From IMG/VR virus record IMGVR_UViG_3300024507_000282, positions 40,861 through 104,860 of that record: a DNA stretch of 64,000 nt; one strand, given 5' to 3'. The position numbers were made by a program, and so were the translations under genes. The stretch comes from a virus (taxonomy: Duplodnaviria > Heunggongvirae > Uroviricota > Caudoviricetes). Within the stretch, counting starts at the first letter, position 1. Every line of letters begins with the position of its first letter. Below the pieces are notes generated by a model. The model was not told the DNA's origin and made no database searches. It was given only the letters and a program-made list of their open reading frames with translations. Shown here piece by piece: positions 28,964-38,809 of this stretch.

Positions 28964-29872
28964 ATGAGAGCAAAAGAATTCATCACAGAAGCAACCAATG
29001 CCGCACAACAAGCCGCTATCGCTATTGCTAAAAAGAAAAAGCAAAATGTAAAAGAATTTGCGCCGGATAATAGTGGCGACGAAGAAGAAACATTACTCAA
29101 GTACGCTCGTATTTGGTACAATGGCGATGACGACATACAACAAAAAGTTGAAAAACTATTAAATCGTATGGGTTGGGAAATTGGCGAAATCGAATCAGAA
29201 GAAGGCGGCGCATTTGTTGTGCAGTCTGGCGATGAGCATGGTAAGAGTTATATTGGTTTTGCCCCAGAAGACTTAACTGAAGCCGCCATGGCGGAAGGTG
29301 TCGATATTGGCCGAGAGTGGATGAGCGACACTGAATTGGATCAGTATGTGCCAGATCGCTTACAACAACAATGGCGTGAATTGTTGGGTTACGATCGCCA
29401 TGGCAATCCAAGTGCATTGTGGGCAAACTTAACAGGCGGATATGAACCGGATGTTAATGATCGTCAACATCGTGCCCTAATGGTTAAAGTGGCTAACAAA
29501 TGGTTTGCGGCTAAGAAGATTCCTAATGTTAAATTCTTCAGTGTTAGAGATGCAGACGATGAATTAGAATGGTTAGTTCAAATTGGCCCAGAAGGTATGT
29601 CAGAAGATTGGCAGAAGGTTAATAAGAAAGACAAAACCGATGGCATGAGCAGTAAAGCCGTTAAAGCATATCGTAGAGAACATCCTGGTAGTAAATTAAA
29701 AACAGCAGTCACTACACCTCCTAGCAAATTAAAGAAAGGATCTAAGGCAAGTAAGCGTAGATCAAGTTTTTGTGCTAGAAGTGATGGCCAAAAGAAAATG
29801 CACAATATTGATTGCACTAAGACACCAGACAAGGCAATCTGCAAAGCACGTAAACGTTGGAACTGTGAATGA
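28964..29872 (+). CDS. hypothetical protein with CTS-like N-terminus MRAKEFITEA; basic Cys-containing C-terminus
   Basis: shared ATGAGAGCAAAAGAATT start; candidate packaged internal protein. Confidence 0.55.
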   Translation: MRAKEFITEATNAAQQAAIAIAKKKKQNVKEFAPDNSGDEEETLLKYARIWYNGDDDIQQKVEKLLNRMGWEIGEIESEEGGAFVVQSGDEHGKSYIGFAPEDLTEAAMAEGVDIGREWMSDTELDQYVPDRLQQQWRELLGYDRHGNPSALWANLTGGYEPDVNDRQHRALMVKVANKWFAAKKIPNVKFFSVRDADDELEWLVQIGPEGMSEDWQKVNKKDKTDGMSSKAVKAYRREHPGSKLKTAVTTPPSKLKKGSKASKRRSSFCARSDGQKKMHNIDCTKTPDKAICKARKRWNCE

Positions 29873-31422
29873 GAGCAAAAGAATTTATTTTATTTGAATC
29901 TGAAGGCGGCATGGCCCGCCGTGCAGAAGAAGCCGGCCGTGGCAAACGTGTAGCATTTAAAAATGCAGATGGAAATGTTATTCATATGATTGCATCTCAA
30001 GTGTTTCCACAAGACGTAGACAAGCGAGACAATTATCAAGAACTAGTTCCAGAGATTATGGACTATGTGAAGGCTAACAATGTAGCAGTATCTAACGCAC
30101 TAACACTTCCGCCAGTGGGCGGACTAAGCATACCTGAAAAAGCAGGTGCCGCATTAGTAATGATTTTTAAAGATGAAAAATCTAAAAAGAACATAGCATG
30201 GATCGCTCTTAAGCCTGCTAAGAAGCCAGGTGCTTATCCAATCTTCTTACAGACTAAACAGTTTTCAGACCTAACTGGTTATGTACAACTAAGCGGCAAA
30301 GCAGGAGAGGAAGATAAAATTTCTGGAGTACAACAACGTGCTCTAACTAATTTAAAACCTGTTGGAATTATTCCTACTAATACAACCATTGCTGTAGATG
30401 ATATTCCTACACAAGTGCAAGGTTCTATTCAAGAGCGTGATGATCTAGCAGATGCTATTAAACAACAGGTAGTACAACTATTGCAGGCTGTTGCTTCTGG
30501 TAGCAGTAATCCTGTCCCCGGCGCCGGCGACTATGCTAAGAGTTACGAAATTGATTTAGGTGAAACAGCCGCACCAATTTCATTAATTAAGAAAAAGTTC
30601 TTAAGTGGTGCATGGCAACAGGCCGAAGCCGGAATGGGTTTGAAGTTTGAAGAAGCCGTTGGTGTAGAATTTCCAAACGATCCTGCTGAAAAACTATACG
30701 ATAGTTATTTGAAGTTTTCAGGTGATGTGAAGATTCGTGTAAGTTCCAAAGACAAGCAAGGCGGCGCAAAGGCATCTGTATCTGGTGTGGTAGACGATAT
30801 AGCGGCATACCCGCAACGTTATGAAGGATTGTTTGATCCTAAAGTCAACCCAGGCTTCCAAGAGCTACTAGACATTGTAAACATTATTAAAGACCCTGAC
30901 ATGAGTTATGTGGCTAAAAGCGCACAATGGAAACGAAATGGTTCTATTGCTGGTGCATTAGAATTAGGTGTCAAAGTAGGCATCATCGATGGTACACAAG
31001 CAGAAAAAATTATGGAAATCATTGACAGCGATCAGCCGCATGTTGATGACGAAACACTAGGCGACTTAAAAGGATTGTTAGTTTATAAAGGCACAGACGA
31101 TTCGACAAGACCAGACTACAGAATTGGTTGGCATTTATTAGCCGCAGTAGCAACTGGCACAGCAAATAAAGTAAACAAGGACTACAAGACAGATGCTTTC
31201 TTCAAAGCAGTTCTGGAACGTTCCAATATGTTACAAGTCAAAACTTCATTACAACAGAAGCCTACTAAGGACGCTGAAGGTAAACCATCAAATGGAGCAT
31301 ACTTCTCCAATTTTGAAGTTATCTATCCTCCAGTATTCACGGGCACAATTAAATTGGATGCCAGCAGTAACTTCTACGCTACAAGAAGACCAGTTGGTAA
31401 AATGGGTTTCGCAATCCGTTAA
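29869..31422 (+). CDS. hypothetical protein (517 aa) with CTS-like N-terminus MRAKEFILFE
   Basis: same N-terminal module; ATGA coupling. Confidence 0.55.
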   Translation: MRAKEFILFESEGGMARRAEEAGRGKRVAFKNADGNVIHMIASQVFPQDVDKRDNYQELVPEIMDYVKANNVAVSNALTLPPVGGLSIPEKAGAALVMIFKDEKSKKNIAWIALKPAKKPGAYPIFLQTKQFSDLTGYVQLSGKAGEEDKISGVQQRALTNLKPVGIIPTNTTIAVDDIPTQVQGSIQERDDLADAIKQQVVQLLQAVASGSSNPVPGAGDYAKSYEIDLGETAAPISLIKKKFLSGAWQQAEAGMGLKFEEAVGVEFPNDPAEKLYDSYLKFSGDVKIRVSSKDKQGGAKASVSGVVDDIAAYPQRYEGLFDPKVNPGFQELLDIVNIIKDPDMSYVAKSAQWKRNGSIAGALELGVKVGIIDGTQAEKIMEIIDSDQPHVDDETLGDLKGLLVYKGTDDSTRPDYRIGWHLLAAVATGTANKVNKDYKTDAFFKAVLERSNMLQVKTSLQQKPTKDAEGKPSNGAYFSNFEVIYPPVFTGTIKLDASSNFYATRRPVGKMGFAIR

Positions 31423-31433
31423 GCCAAATCTAG

Positions 31434-31463
31434 TTGACAAATCTTACGAAGTTCATATATAAT
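31434..31463 (+). promoter_or_regulatory. sigma70-like promoter TTGACA-N18-TATAAT driving tRNA-Thr
   Basis: consensus hexamers 10 nt before the tRNA. Confidence 0.55.
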
Positions 31464-31472
31464 AAAAACATT

Positions 31473-31548
31473 GCCCCTTTAGCTCATCTGGTAGAGCAAC
31501 TGATTTGTAATCAGTAGGTGGTCTGTTCGAGTCGGACAAGGGGCACCA
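31473..31548 (+). tRNA. tRNA-Thr (anticodon TGT), CCA encoded
   Basis: manual cloverleaf: acceptor GCCCCTT/AAGGGGC, D GCTC/GAGC, AC stem ACTGA/TCAGT loop TTTGTAA, T-arm GTCTG-TTCGAGT-CGGAC. Confidence 0.8.
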
Positions 31549-31570
31549 TTTTTAACTTCAGGAGAAATTT

Positions 31571-32260
31571 ATGTTTGGTGCAAGTTACACAGGTACTGGA
31601 ATTTACCGTTCAGCCGCACAGATCAATGAAGCAATGGGTCGTGTCTATGGACACATGAGCCTAGCAGTTCTTGTGTCTATGATTGTTAGTTACTTTGTAG
31701 GTACTAGCCCAGAATTGTTACAATTCTTCTTTACAGGTGTAATGAAGTGGATTGTAATTTTTGCACCACTGGTTGCTATCTTTGGTGTTAGCATGGTACT
31801 ATCTAATAACCCTAGTAAACAAGTCGCCCAACTATGCTTACATGGTTTTGCGGCATTAATGGGTTTGAGCTTTGCTACAATTTTTGCTATCTTTACCATG
31901 GGCAGTATTGTTAGTGCGTTTATGGGTGCGGCGATCTTGTTTGGTACAATGAGCTTCTATGGATACTTTACAAAACGTAGTTTGGAAAGTCTTGGACAGT
32001 TTATGTTCATTGGATTGATTGCTATTGTTATTGCCAGTATTGTTAACATCTTTATTGGTAGTAGTGTAATGGCCATGGTTATCAGTGCATTAGCAATTAT
32101 TATCTTTCTAGGATTAACTGCTTACGATACACAGCAAATACGAGAAATGGTTTCAATCGACTCTGATCCTGCAACCGAAGTAACAGGTGCATTAACACTA
32201 TATATGGATTTTATTAATCTGTTCATTAATTTACTACAGTTGTTTGGTGATAGAAAATAA
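31571..32260 (+). CDS. Bax-inhibitor-1/YccA family membrane protein
   Basis: 7-TM profile and C-terminal LTLYMDFINLFINLLQLF block of BI-1/YccA family. Confidence 0.7.
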   Translation: MFGASYTGTGIYRSAAQINEAMGRVYGHMSLAVLVSMIVSYFVGTSPELLQFFFTGVMKWIVIFAPLVAIFGVSMVLSNNPSKQVAQLCLHGFAALMGLSFATIFAIFTMGSIVSAFMGAAILFGTMSFYGYFTKRSLESLGQFMFIGLIAIVIASIVNIFIGSSVMAMVISALAIIIFLGLTAYDTQQIREMVSIDSDPATEVTGALTLYMDFINLFINLLQLFGDRK

Positions 32261-32282
32261 TTAACTAGTATGTTAATTAATA

Positions 32283-32310
32283 AAAGGGCTCTTCGGAGCC
32301 CTTTTTTATT
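32283..32310 (+). terminator. intrinsic terminator
   Basis: GGGCTCttcgGAGCCC + T6. Confidence 0.75.
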
Positions 32311-32374
32311 ATGTGGTAATAGAATCTTTCTTGCTCTAGATTAAATAATAGTGAGATAGCCGGGAGCGAACCGA

Positions 32375-32914
32375 ATGAAAAAACTATTATCACTTATAGC
32401 ATTATTGCCTATGATTGTATCGGCAGCACCTTTAGGTGATTACACCTTTAAGAGTCCTGCCTTTAACGGCGTAGGTTACAGCAGTCATGTATTAACCATT
32501 GAGAATCAAGAGCGCACACGTCAGAAAGAACGTGCAGATAAACTACAGGCTGAAATTGACAAAGCAGCCGCAGATAAGAAAAACACCAACCTTGCTAAGT
32601 TTGTTAGTAACTTAGAATCACGTATCTATGCACAGATTAGTCAGAACGTAGCAACCGCTATGTTTGCCAATAACAACTGTACAGCAAGTAGCAACACAAA
32701 CTGTTCTGGCAACATTGACTTCCAGGGCAACTATATTAGTTGGGGCAGAGTTAGTAGTGCTAACGATGCTAACTGTTCAACAGCCTACGGATACTGCATT
32801 ATGTTAAAGATTGCAGATCCTACAGCCACTAACCCAAGTACAGCATCATGCACAGACACTGGAATGAGTTGTGTGTATGTTCCATTAAGTTCATTCCAAA
32901 TGCCGGGGAACTAA
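32375..32914 (+). CDS. secreted CsgF-like protein (curli accessory)
   Basis: signal peptide; mature N-terminus DYTFKSPAFNGVGYS resembles CsgF TMTFQFRNPNFGGNP; C-terminus Cys-rich. Confidence 0.45.
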   Translation: MKKLLSLIALLPMIVSAAPLGDYTFKSPAFNGVGYSSHVLTIENQERTRQKERADKLQAEIDKAAADKKNTNLAKFVSNLESRIYAQISQNVATAMFANNNCTASSNTNCSGNIDFQGNYISWGRVSSANDANCSTAYGYCIMLKIADPTATNPSTASCTDTGMSCVYVPLSSFQMPGN

Positions 32915-32917
32915 GAC

Positions 32918-34087
32918 ATGAAAAAGACAATACTATCCCTAGCAGTTTTAACTATGCTTTCAGGTTGTGCTGTTATGCAGACAACTGGAGTACTAGACAA
33001 GAGTCCTGAAGTTACAGGGCAAATGACTAATGTTAAGAAAGAATTTGATACAATACCTAGTCCAATCGCTGGAAGACCACTAAGCGTGGCCGTTTATAGT
33101 TTTACTGATAAAACAGGTCAACGTAGACCGCAGGCAAACATTGCCAGTTTATCAACAGCAGTGACACAGGGTGCAGAAACATTCTTAATACAGGCATTAC
33201 AAAATGTAGGACGCGGTCAATGGTTCGACGTTGTAGAACGTGTGGGCATTGATAACCTAACTAAAGAACGTTTAATTATTAGGCAAATGCGCGAAGCATA
33301 TGAAGGTAAAGATGCTAAACCATTGCTACCAATGCAATTCGCTGGAATTATTGTAGAAGGCGGAATAGTAGGCTACGATCAAAGCACTACCAGCGGTGGT
33401 GTAGGTCAACGTATATTTGGCATAGGCAAAAATACACAGTGGAGCACTGATACAGTAACAGTAAGTTTACGAGCAGTTAGCGTAAACACTGGTAAGGTAT
33501 TAGCCACAGTGACAGTACAAAAGACTATCTTAAGTTCAGCAGACAGCGTATCTGCATTAAAATTCTTTGACGCAGGCACTAAGGCATTTGAAGCAGAAGC
33601 AGGTTTAACTATCAATGAACCTGGCACTTACGCTACAAAGGCAACTATTGAAATGGCAGTCGTAGAGTTAATTAAGGAAGGACAACGTAAAGGTGTATGG
33701 GAGTTTAAACCAGAATCCGCACCAGCGGCCAAGGCACCTGTACCAGCACCAGCGGCCCAGCCGGTAATTAGCTCTGAGATTAAAGAAGAAGTTAAAGTAG
33801 AGGAGAAGAAAGATGTCGTGGTTCAATCACAAACCAAATCCGAAACCGAAACCAAGGCCGTACCCAGTACCGCCGCAAAAGAACTAGAGAAGTTACCTAC
33901 AGAAGCAATTCTAAAGGATGCTCAGTTTATATACAAGGAGCCAAACGAAAAGAGTCAAAGGACTTGGCAGTTTAAGCCAAATACACGAGTATTCATAACC
34001 GGGAGCGAAGGTGATTGGGTACAAGTGCAGGACGTAGAGAAGCGTAAAGGGTTTGTTAAAAAAGAAGTAGTTAACAAACAAAAATAA
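32918..34087 (+). CDS. csgG: CsgG-family secretion-channel lipoprotein (curli CsgG / holdfast HfaB family)
   Basis: lipobox LSGC; long colinear similarity to E. coli CsgG (AVYSFTDKTGQ, ERVGIDNLTKERLIIRQ, IIVEGGIVGYDQSTTSGGVGQRIFGIG, VSLRAVSVNTGKVLATV). Confidence 0.8.
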   Translation: MKKTILSLAVLTMLSGCAVMQTTGVLDKSPEVTGQMTNVKKEFDTIPSPIAGRPLSVAVYSFTDKTGQRRPQANIASLSTAVTQGAETFLIQALQNVGRGQWFDVVERVGIDNLTKERLIIRQMREAYEGKDAKPLLPMQFAGIIVEGGIVGYDQSTTSGGVGQRIFGIGKNTQWSTDTVTVSLRAVSVNTGKVLATVTVQKTILSSADSVSALKFFDAGTKAFEAEAGLTINEPGTYATKATIEMAVVELIKEGQRKGVWEFKPESAPAAKAPVPAPAAQPVISSEIKEEVKVEEKKDVVVQSQTKSETETKAVPSTAAKELEKLPTEAILKDAQFIYKEPNEKSQRTWQFKPNTRVFITGSEGDWVQVQDVEKRKGFVKKEVVNKQK

Positions 34088-34170
34088 GAAAGAGAGGTAG
34101 CACTTTAAATTTTTTAATGGTCTTAGACCAAGGAGCGAGTTAGGGAAGATAACCTAATTCTGTAAAAACG

Positions 34171-35145
34171 ATGCATAAGAGAATCACAGGCGCTGGTGGG
34201 TTGTCGAGAAAATTACTCACAATTCTGGTGTTGTCTGCAATGACAACATTGGGTTATGCGGCTGACAATAGCATTTACATTGATCAGTCCGGCGATAATA
34301 GTACTATTACTATGACTCAAGACGGAGCAGGAAACAAAGTAAAGGGTATATTATTAAATGGCACAGCAGGTGGAACAACTGATCCTGCTAAACTAACTGG
34401 TGCCGCACAGACTATCAACATTGAGCAAACAGGAGCAACTAACGTATTGGCGTTAGGTGTTAACTCAACACAAGGTGGTACTGTACAAGGTTATGCTAAT
34501 ATTGGTGTGAATTTAAATTACCAAGTAAGTGGTGGTGGAAACACAGGTTACATTAATATTAACAATAATGGTACAGGCACAGCCAGTGGTAACGTTGTTA
34601 GTTTTGTTCAAAGTGGCGGTAGTGCAACTACAACACTTAACATGACTGGTACAAGTAACCAATTAACTGTTGGAACTAGTGGTGGTGCTAACAACACATT
34701 TACAGGTACAATCAACGCTGATGAAACTGTAGCAACTGTTAGTCAAACAGGTGGCGGCGGCAACGCAACTACACTTAACATGACCGGAAACAAAGGTCAA
34801 GTTAGTCTAACAACTGTTGGTGCAACTAACACTACATCTGTAACACAGAGTGCATACGGTGTAACTGGTGCTCAAGCAATTATCAACATCACAGGTTCTG
34901 GTAATACTACAGACGTAACACAAACTGGTGCGTACGATCACTATGCTAGTATTACTGTAACAGGCGGTAGCAATGGCATTACACTTGCACAAACAGGTGG
35001 ATCTGCTACTGGACACAGCACAACGTTATCTGTAACAGGTAGTACTAATACTATTGGTATTACACAACAAGGATCAGTTAGCAATCTAACTAATCTTGCT
35101 ATATCAGGAAGTGGCAACACTTACACTATTTTACAGAAAAACTAA
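34171..35145 (+). CDS. secreted curlin-repeat protein (CsgA/CsgB/HfaA-like)
   Basis: signal peptide; repeated Q-x-G-x-x-N units (DQSGDNSTITMTQDGAGNKV, IEQTGATNV, VSQTGGGGNATT, VTQTGAYDH, ITQQGSVSN). Confidence 0.55.
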   Translation: MHKRITGAGGLSRKLLTILVLSAMTTLGYAADNSIYIDQSGDNSTITMTQDGAGNKVKGILLNGTAGGTTDPAKLTGAAQTINIEQTGATNVLALGVNSTQGGTVQGYANIGVNLNYQVSGGGNTGYININNNGTGTASGNVVSFVQSGGSATTTLNMTGTSNQLTVGTSGGANNTFTGTINADETVATVSQTGGGGNATTLNMTGNKGQVSLTTVGATNTTSVTQSAYGVTGAQAIINITGSGNTTDVTQTGAYDHYASITVTGGSNGITLAQTGGSATGHSTTLSVTGSTNTIGITQQGSVSNLTNLAISGSGNTYTILQKN

Positions 35146-35154
35146 GAGGGTTCC

Positions 35155-36261
35155 ATGAAATTATGGATGGTAGTATTATGCGTTCCGTTGCTGAGTACAT
35201 CGTTGGCCTACGCCGCGATAGGCAAAGTAACGGAACAAATCAATACACCCCCGACTATCCAGAGACAGAATTCGACACTAACGGCGTCGAAAGGGACTGG
35301 AGTGGAAATGAACGATGCGATCAAGACCCAGCAGGGCAAGGTGGGGATAACATTTGAGGACGATACTAAAGTCCAAGTCAATGAAAATTCTAAACTTGTA
35401 ATTGATGATTTCGTTTATGATCCAAAAAGTAAGGCGGGTAAACTAGGTGCTAAGATTGCTCTTGGCACAGTTCGTTATGCGTCTGGACAGATTGCTAAGA
35501 ATTCGCCTCAGAATGTGGCCCTTTCTACTCCTAGTGCTACTGTTGCTGTACGCGGTACTGACTTTACTGCCACTGTAGACGAGCTAGGCGAAAGTACAAT
35601 TATTCTTTTACCTAGTTGTCCTAATGATAGACCAACACGCTCAGTTAGAGATATTGAAACTAACTGTAAGACTGGCAGTATTGAAGTTAGCAATGATGTA
35701 GGTACTGTAATACTAAATCAACCCTTCCAAGTAACTAAAGTTCAAAGTAGAACACAACCTCCTACACCGCCTAAAGTATTAAATCTAAGTGAAATGGCCA
35801 TTGGCAATATGTTAATTGTCAGTCCTCCGCGCGAAGTCAAACAAGCACAACAAGAACAACAGAGAACATTTAATGCTTTAGACTTTGACTTTTTAAAAGA
35901 GAAAGGTTTGGAGAATTATTTAGATATGCAGGCCAATATGATTTATGAAGATAAGTTAGCCAAAAACTTTTTGTCTAATGATTTCCTTGCTAACTTATTC
36001 GACATTGTGGGAAACATACTGGATCAAAAGTTTTTAGATCCTGTAGATCCTGTGCTACCAGACTATAAAAAGTCCAGTGGCATTATAGCCTACAAAGATG
36101 ATATGAGTGTTGAACTCTGTCGCGACAACGGTGCTGACATACAATGTGTTAAAACACCACTCACACAAAACTCAACAATATTACAAACACAGGGCAATTT
36201 AGAATTTAAGAACAGAATAAATCAGGGAGGTAATACTATTATTACCTTGATACAAAAATGA
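35155..36261 (+). CDS. secreted FecR-domain-like protein
   Basis: signal peptide; VAVRGTDFTATV block typical of FecR/DUF4880 beta-domain. Confidence 0.4.
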   Translation: MKLWMVVLCVPLLSTSLAYAAIGKVTEQINTPPTIQRQNSTLTASKGTGVEMNDAIKTQQGKVGITFEDDTKVQVNENSKLVIDDFVYDPKSKAGKLGAKIALGTVRYASGQIAKNSPQNVALSTPSATVAVRGTDFTATVDELGESTIILLPSCPNDRPTRSVRDIETNCKTGSIEVSNDVGTVILNQPFQVTKVQSRTQPPTPPKVLNLSEMAIGNMLIVSPPREVKQAQQEQQRTFNALDFDFLKEKGLENYLDMQANMIYEDKLAKNFLSNDFLANLFDIVGNILDQKFLDPVDPVLPDYKKSSGIIAYKDDMSVELCRDNGADIQCVKTPLTQNSTILQTQGNLEFKNRINQGGNTIITLIQK

Positions 36262-38651
36262 TAAAACGTTTATTACAGTTCCTTGTGTTTTTAACTGTGT
36301 GCATTAGCGCACATAGTCAGGCTGTGACTTATAATGCTATTGCTACTGCTTATGTTACTACTACAATTAGTCAACAAGTAGTGTTTGATAGTAATATGCA
36401 ACAAGGCGGTACATTTACAATGAGTGTACTAGCACACAACGGCGGCGGCCGTGCAGGACAAAGTGATACGGCTAACGTAAAGATACAGTTCTATAACAGC
36501 AGTGGTGGATTAATCACTAGCGTAAACTCAACTAACTCTGCTAACTTACCAAACCCAAATGCTGTGTGTGGTAATCCTTGTATTGATACTGCGGTACCTT
36601 GGACTACAGTAACTATCAGTGCAACGCTTACTGCGGCACAAGCAAGCCAAGTAGCCTATGCCACAGTCAGTATGTACGGTATTGATGGAAGTTACTGGGC
36701 AGGTGATTATGGTCCTTGGTATCGTGCTCCTACATTCCAACTTAATGGCGGCGGCAACTTATTGTATAACCCGGAGTTTGGGCCTTATAATAATATAACA
36801 GCACAAGGTTGGGTATCAAATCCAGGGTTCGGTGCTTGTCAAGGTGCATGGGGCGGATCAAATGCCTGTATCGTTAACAGCGATGGAGTGCCTGGTTCGA
36901 GTACAGTTGGCTTAGTTGCTAACGCTAACGGTGGCGGCCCTAGTGCTACTGGTGGTACTACTAGTGGTACTGCTGGTGGATATAATAACACAATGTCAGT
37001 GACCAATGCTGGCACGGGCGCAACTGCCGGTGCGGCTCCTGCTCCGACTCCTACAGTAACAGGAACTAGTGTAACTTATACAACTAGAACTGTGGTTAAT
37101 GGTAATACAACTACTGTTTATCGCACACCTGTAACTACAACAACTTACAGCGACGGAACTAGCACAAGTACAAATGGTACTGAAGCAGTATATCAAACTA
37201 AGGTTGCGTCTAACGTAGTAACTACAAAAATTGTAAACGGTGTTCTGACAACAACTACAACACCAATTAATACAGTTACTACAACCGGCGTTAATGGCAG
37301 CACCATAGAAGCAAACGGCACAGCAACAACTACAACACAAAACATACAGCAGGGATTAAACTATAAAGTCTACAAATTCGATCCTTACACTTATAACTGC
37401 GGTTGGTTAGGTTGTATTAAAAACTGGTTAGGGCCATATCGTGTACCTGATATGCCACCTGGTGGACAGCCTGTTAGTATTGGTACAACTAGTAACGGAG
37501 TTTATGTTCCGACTAACGGCAGTTTTCCAAATATGGACACTGGTACCTTAGTTAGATTCAACGGAACGATTACTGCTCCGACGACACAAAATTATCCTGC
37601 AGGTACTGTATATAGATTATACTTCTATAGCAACAGCGATGACGGATTTGTTATGAGTGTAAACGGACAAACAGTTATCAACGATAGATCTACATTCCAA
37701 CTTCAGAGTATAGGTGGCTATACAGCGTCTGGCTGGATAGACATAGTAGCAGGACAGACTTATAATTTTGAAGCATGGTACTGGAACGACACCGGCGGCT
37801 ATGGACTACGTTTTCAATGGGACTACGGTGCAGGCCGTATGAACGTACCTAACTCTGCATTTACTACAGGGTGGATTACTGAAACAAATACAATTGACAC
37901 TAGTGGATTTGTTTATTCTAACAGCGCAGTAGTTGACGTGTCGGGTACAACAGTTTTATTAGGACCAGTAGTTGAAGGTGGAACAATTACACAAACAAAT
38001 GCGCCTGGTGATCAAGTTATAGGTAGCGGTGGCTCATACGTTCCTCCAGCAGATATAGATGTTAAACAAACTAGAATTAATACTTGGAACAACGGTACAC
38101 AAAACTACAATAACGAATTGTACATCACACAAACATACGGTACTAACAATAATGTAACTATTACACAAAGTGGTACTAAGAACAAAATCGAATTTACCTT
38201 AGAAGGAAACAACAATATTGTTAATAATACTCAAACTGGCAGTAACTACTTAAAGCAAGAAGTGCCTGGGTGGGGCAATAACATAACTACTAATCAGTCA
38301 AATGCTAGTGGTTCAAATTATGCTGAAACTAAAATACAAGGAAATGGTAATACTGTAAATCATACACAAACCGGTAATCACATATTGTTCAGTAAAGTTA
38401 CAGGCGATATTAATACTGTAAACACTACACAGTCTGGCGGTGCTGGCCATTTCGCTGATATTACACTAACAGGAAATAACAACTCAGCACTAGTGACACA
38501 AACAGGAAATACTGCTAACAGAGCAGTTATTGATGTAACTAACGCAGGTGGCCCAGCCAGTGTTGACCTGCAACAAACAGGCGGCAAATCATTTAGCATC
38601 ATTCAAAGTTGTACAAATCCAGCGGGTTGTAGCACAGTTGTTCGCCAATAA
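36258..38651 (+). CDS. large secreted Thr-rich protein with PA14-like domain and C-terminal curlin-like repeats
   Basis: signal peptide; PA14-like block YFYSNSDDGFVMSVNGQTVIND...AWYWNDTGGYGLRFQW; C-terminal TQTGN/TQSGG repeats. Confidence 0.55.
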   Translation: MIKRLLQFLVFLTVCISAHSQAVTYNAIATAYVTTTISQQVVFDSNMQQGGTFTMSVLAHNGGGRAGQSDTANVKIQFYNSSGGLITSVNSTNSANLPNPNAVCGNPCIDTAVPWTTVTISATLTAAQASQVAYATVSMYGIDGSYWAGDYGPWYRAPTFQLNGGGNLLYNPEFGPYNNITAQGWVSNPGFGACQGAWGGSNACIVNSDGVPGSSTVGLVANANGGGPSATGGTTSGTAGGYNNTMSVTNAGTGATAGAAPAPTPTVTGTSVTYTTRTVVNGNTTTVYRTPVTTTTYSDGTSTSTNGTEAVYQTKVASNVVTTKIVNGVLTTTTTPINTVTTTGVNGSTIEANGTATTTTQNIQQGLNYKVYKFDPYTYNCGWLGCIKNWLGPYRVPDMPPGGQPVSIGTTSNGVYVPTNGSFPNMDTGTLVRFNGTITAPTTQNYPAGTVYRLYFYSNSDDGFVMSVNGQTVINDRSTFQLQSIGGYTASGWIDIVAGQTYNFEAWYWNDTGGYGLRFQWDYGAGRMNVPNSAFTTGWITETNTIDTSGFVYSNSAVVDVSGTTVLLGPVVEGGTITQTNAPGDQVIGSGGSYVPPADIDVKQTRINTWNNGTQNYNNELYITQTYGTNNNVTITQSGTKNKIEFTLEGNNNIVNNTQTGSNYLKQEVPGWGNNITTNQSNASGSNYAETKIQGNGNTVNHTQTGNHILFSKVTGDINTVNTTQSGGAGHFADITLTGNNNSALVTQTGNTANRAVIDVTNAGGPASVDLQQTGGKSFSIIQSCTNPAGCSTVVRQ

Positions 38652-38809
38652 AATCTAACTAAATATTGGATGCTGAAAAACATCTTAATATTAGCAATTA
38701 TTACAACCTTAGCAGGCTGCGCCGGAATAGCATTTTGCGACAAAGACGGACGACCCAAGGGTTGCCACTCATGGGATCCTGCTACTCGAAACGGCGCGGC
38801 ACCAAGATC

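Noticed and set aside
34171-38651. Curlin-like amino-acid repeats as a DNA-level tandem repeat or CRISPR-like array
   Set aside because: Repeats are degenerate at the nucleotide level, in frame, of variable length and without spacer-like unique inserts, so it is protein repetitiveness only. No CRISPR array is present in the window.
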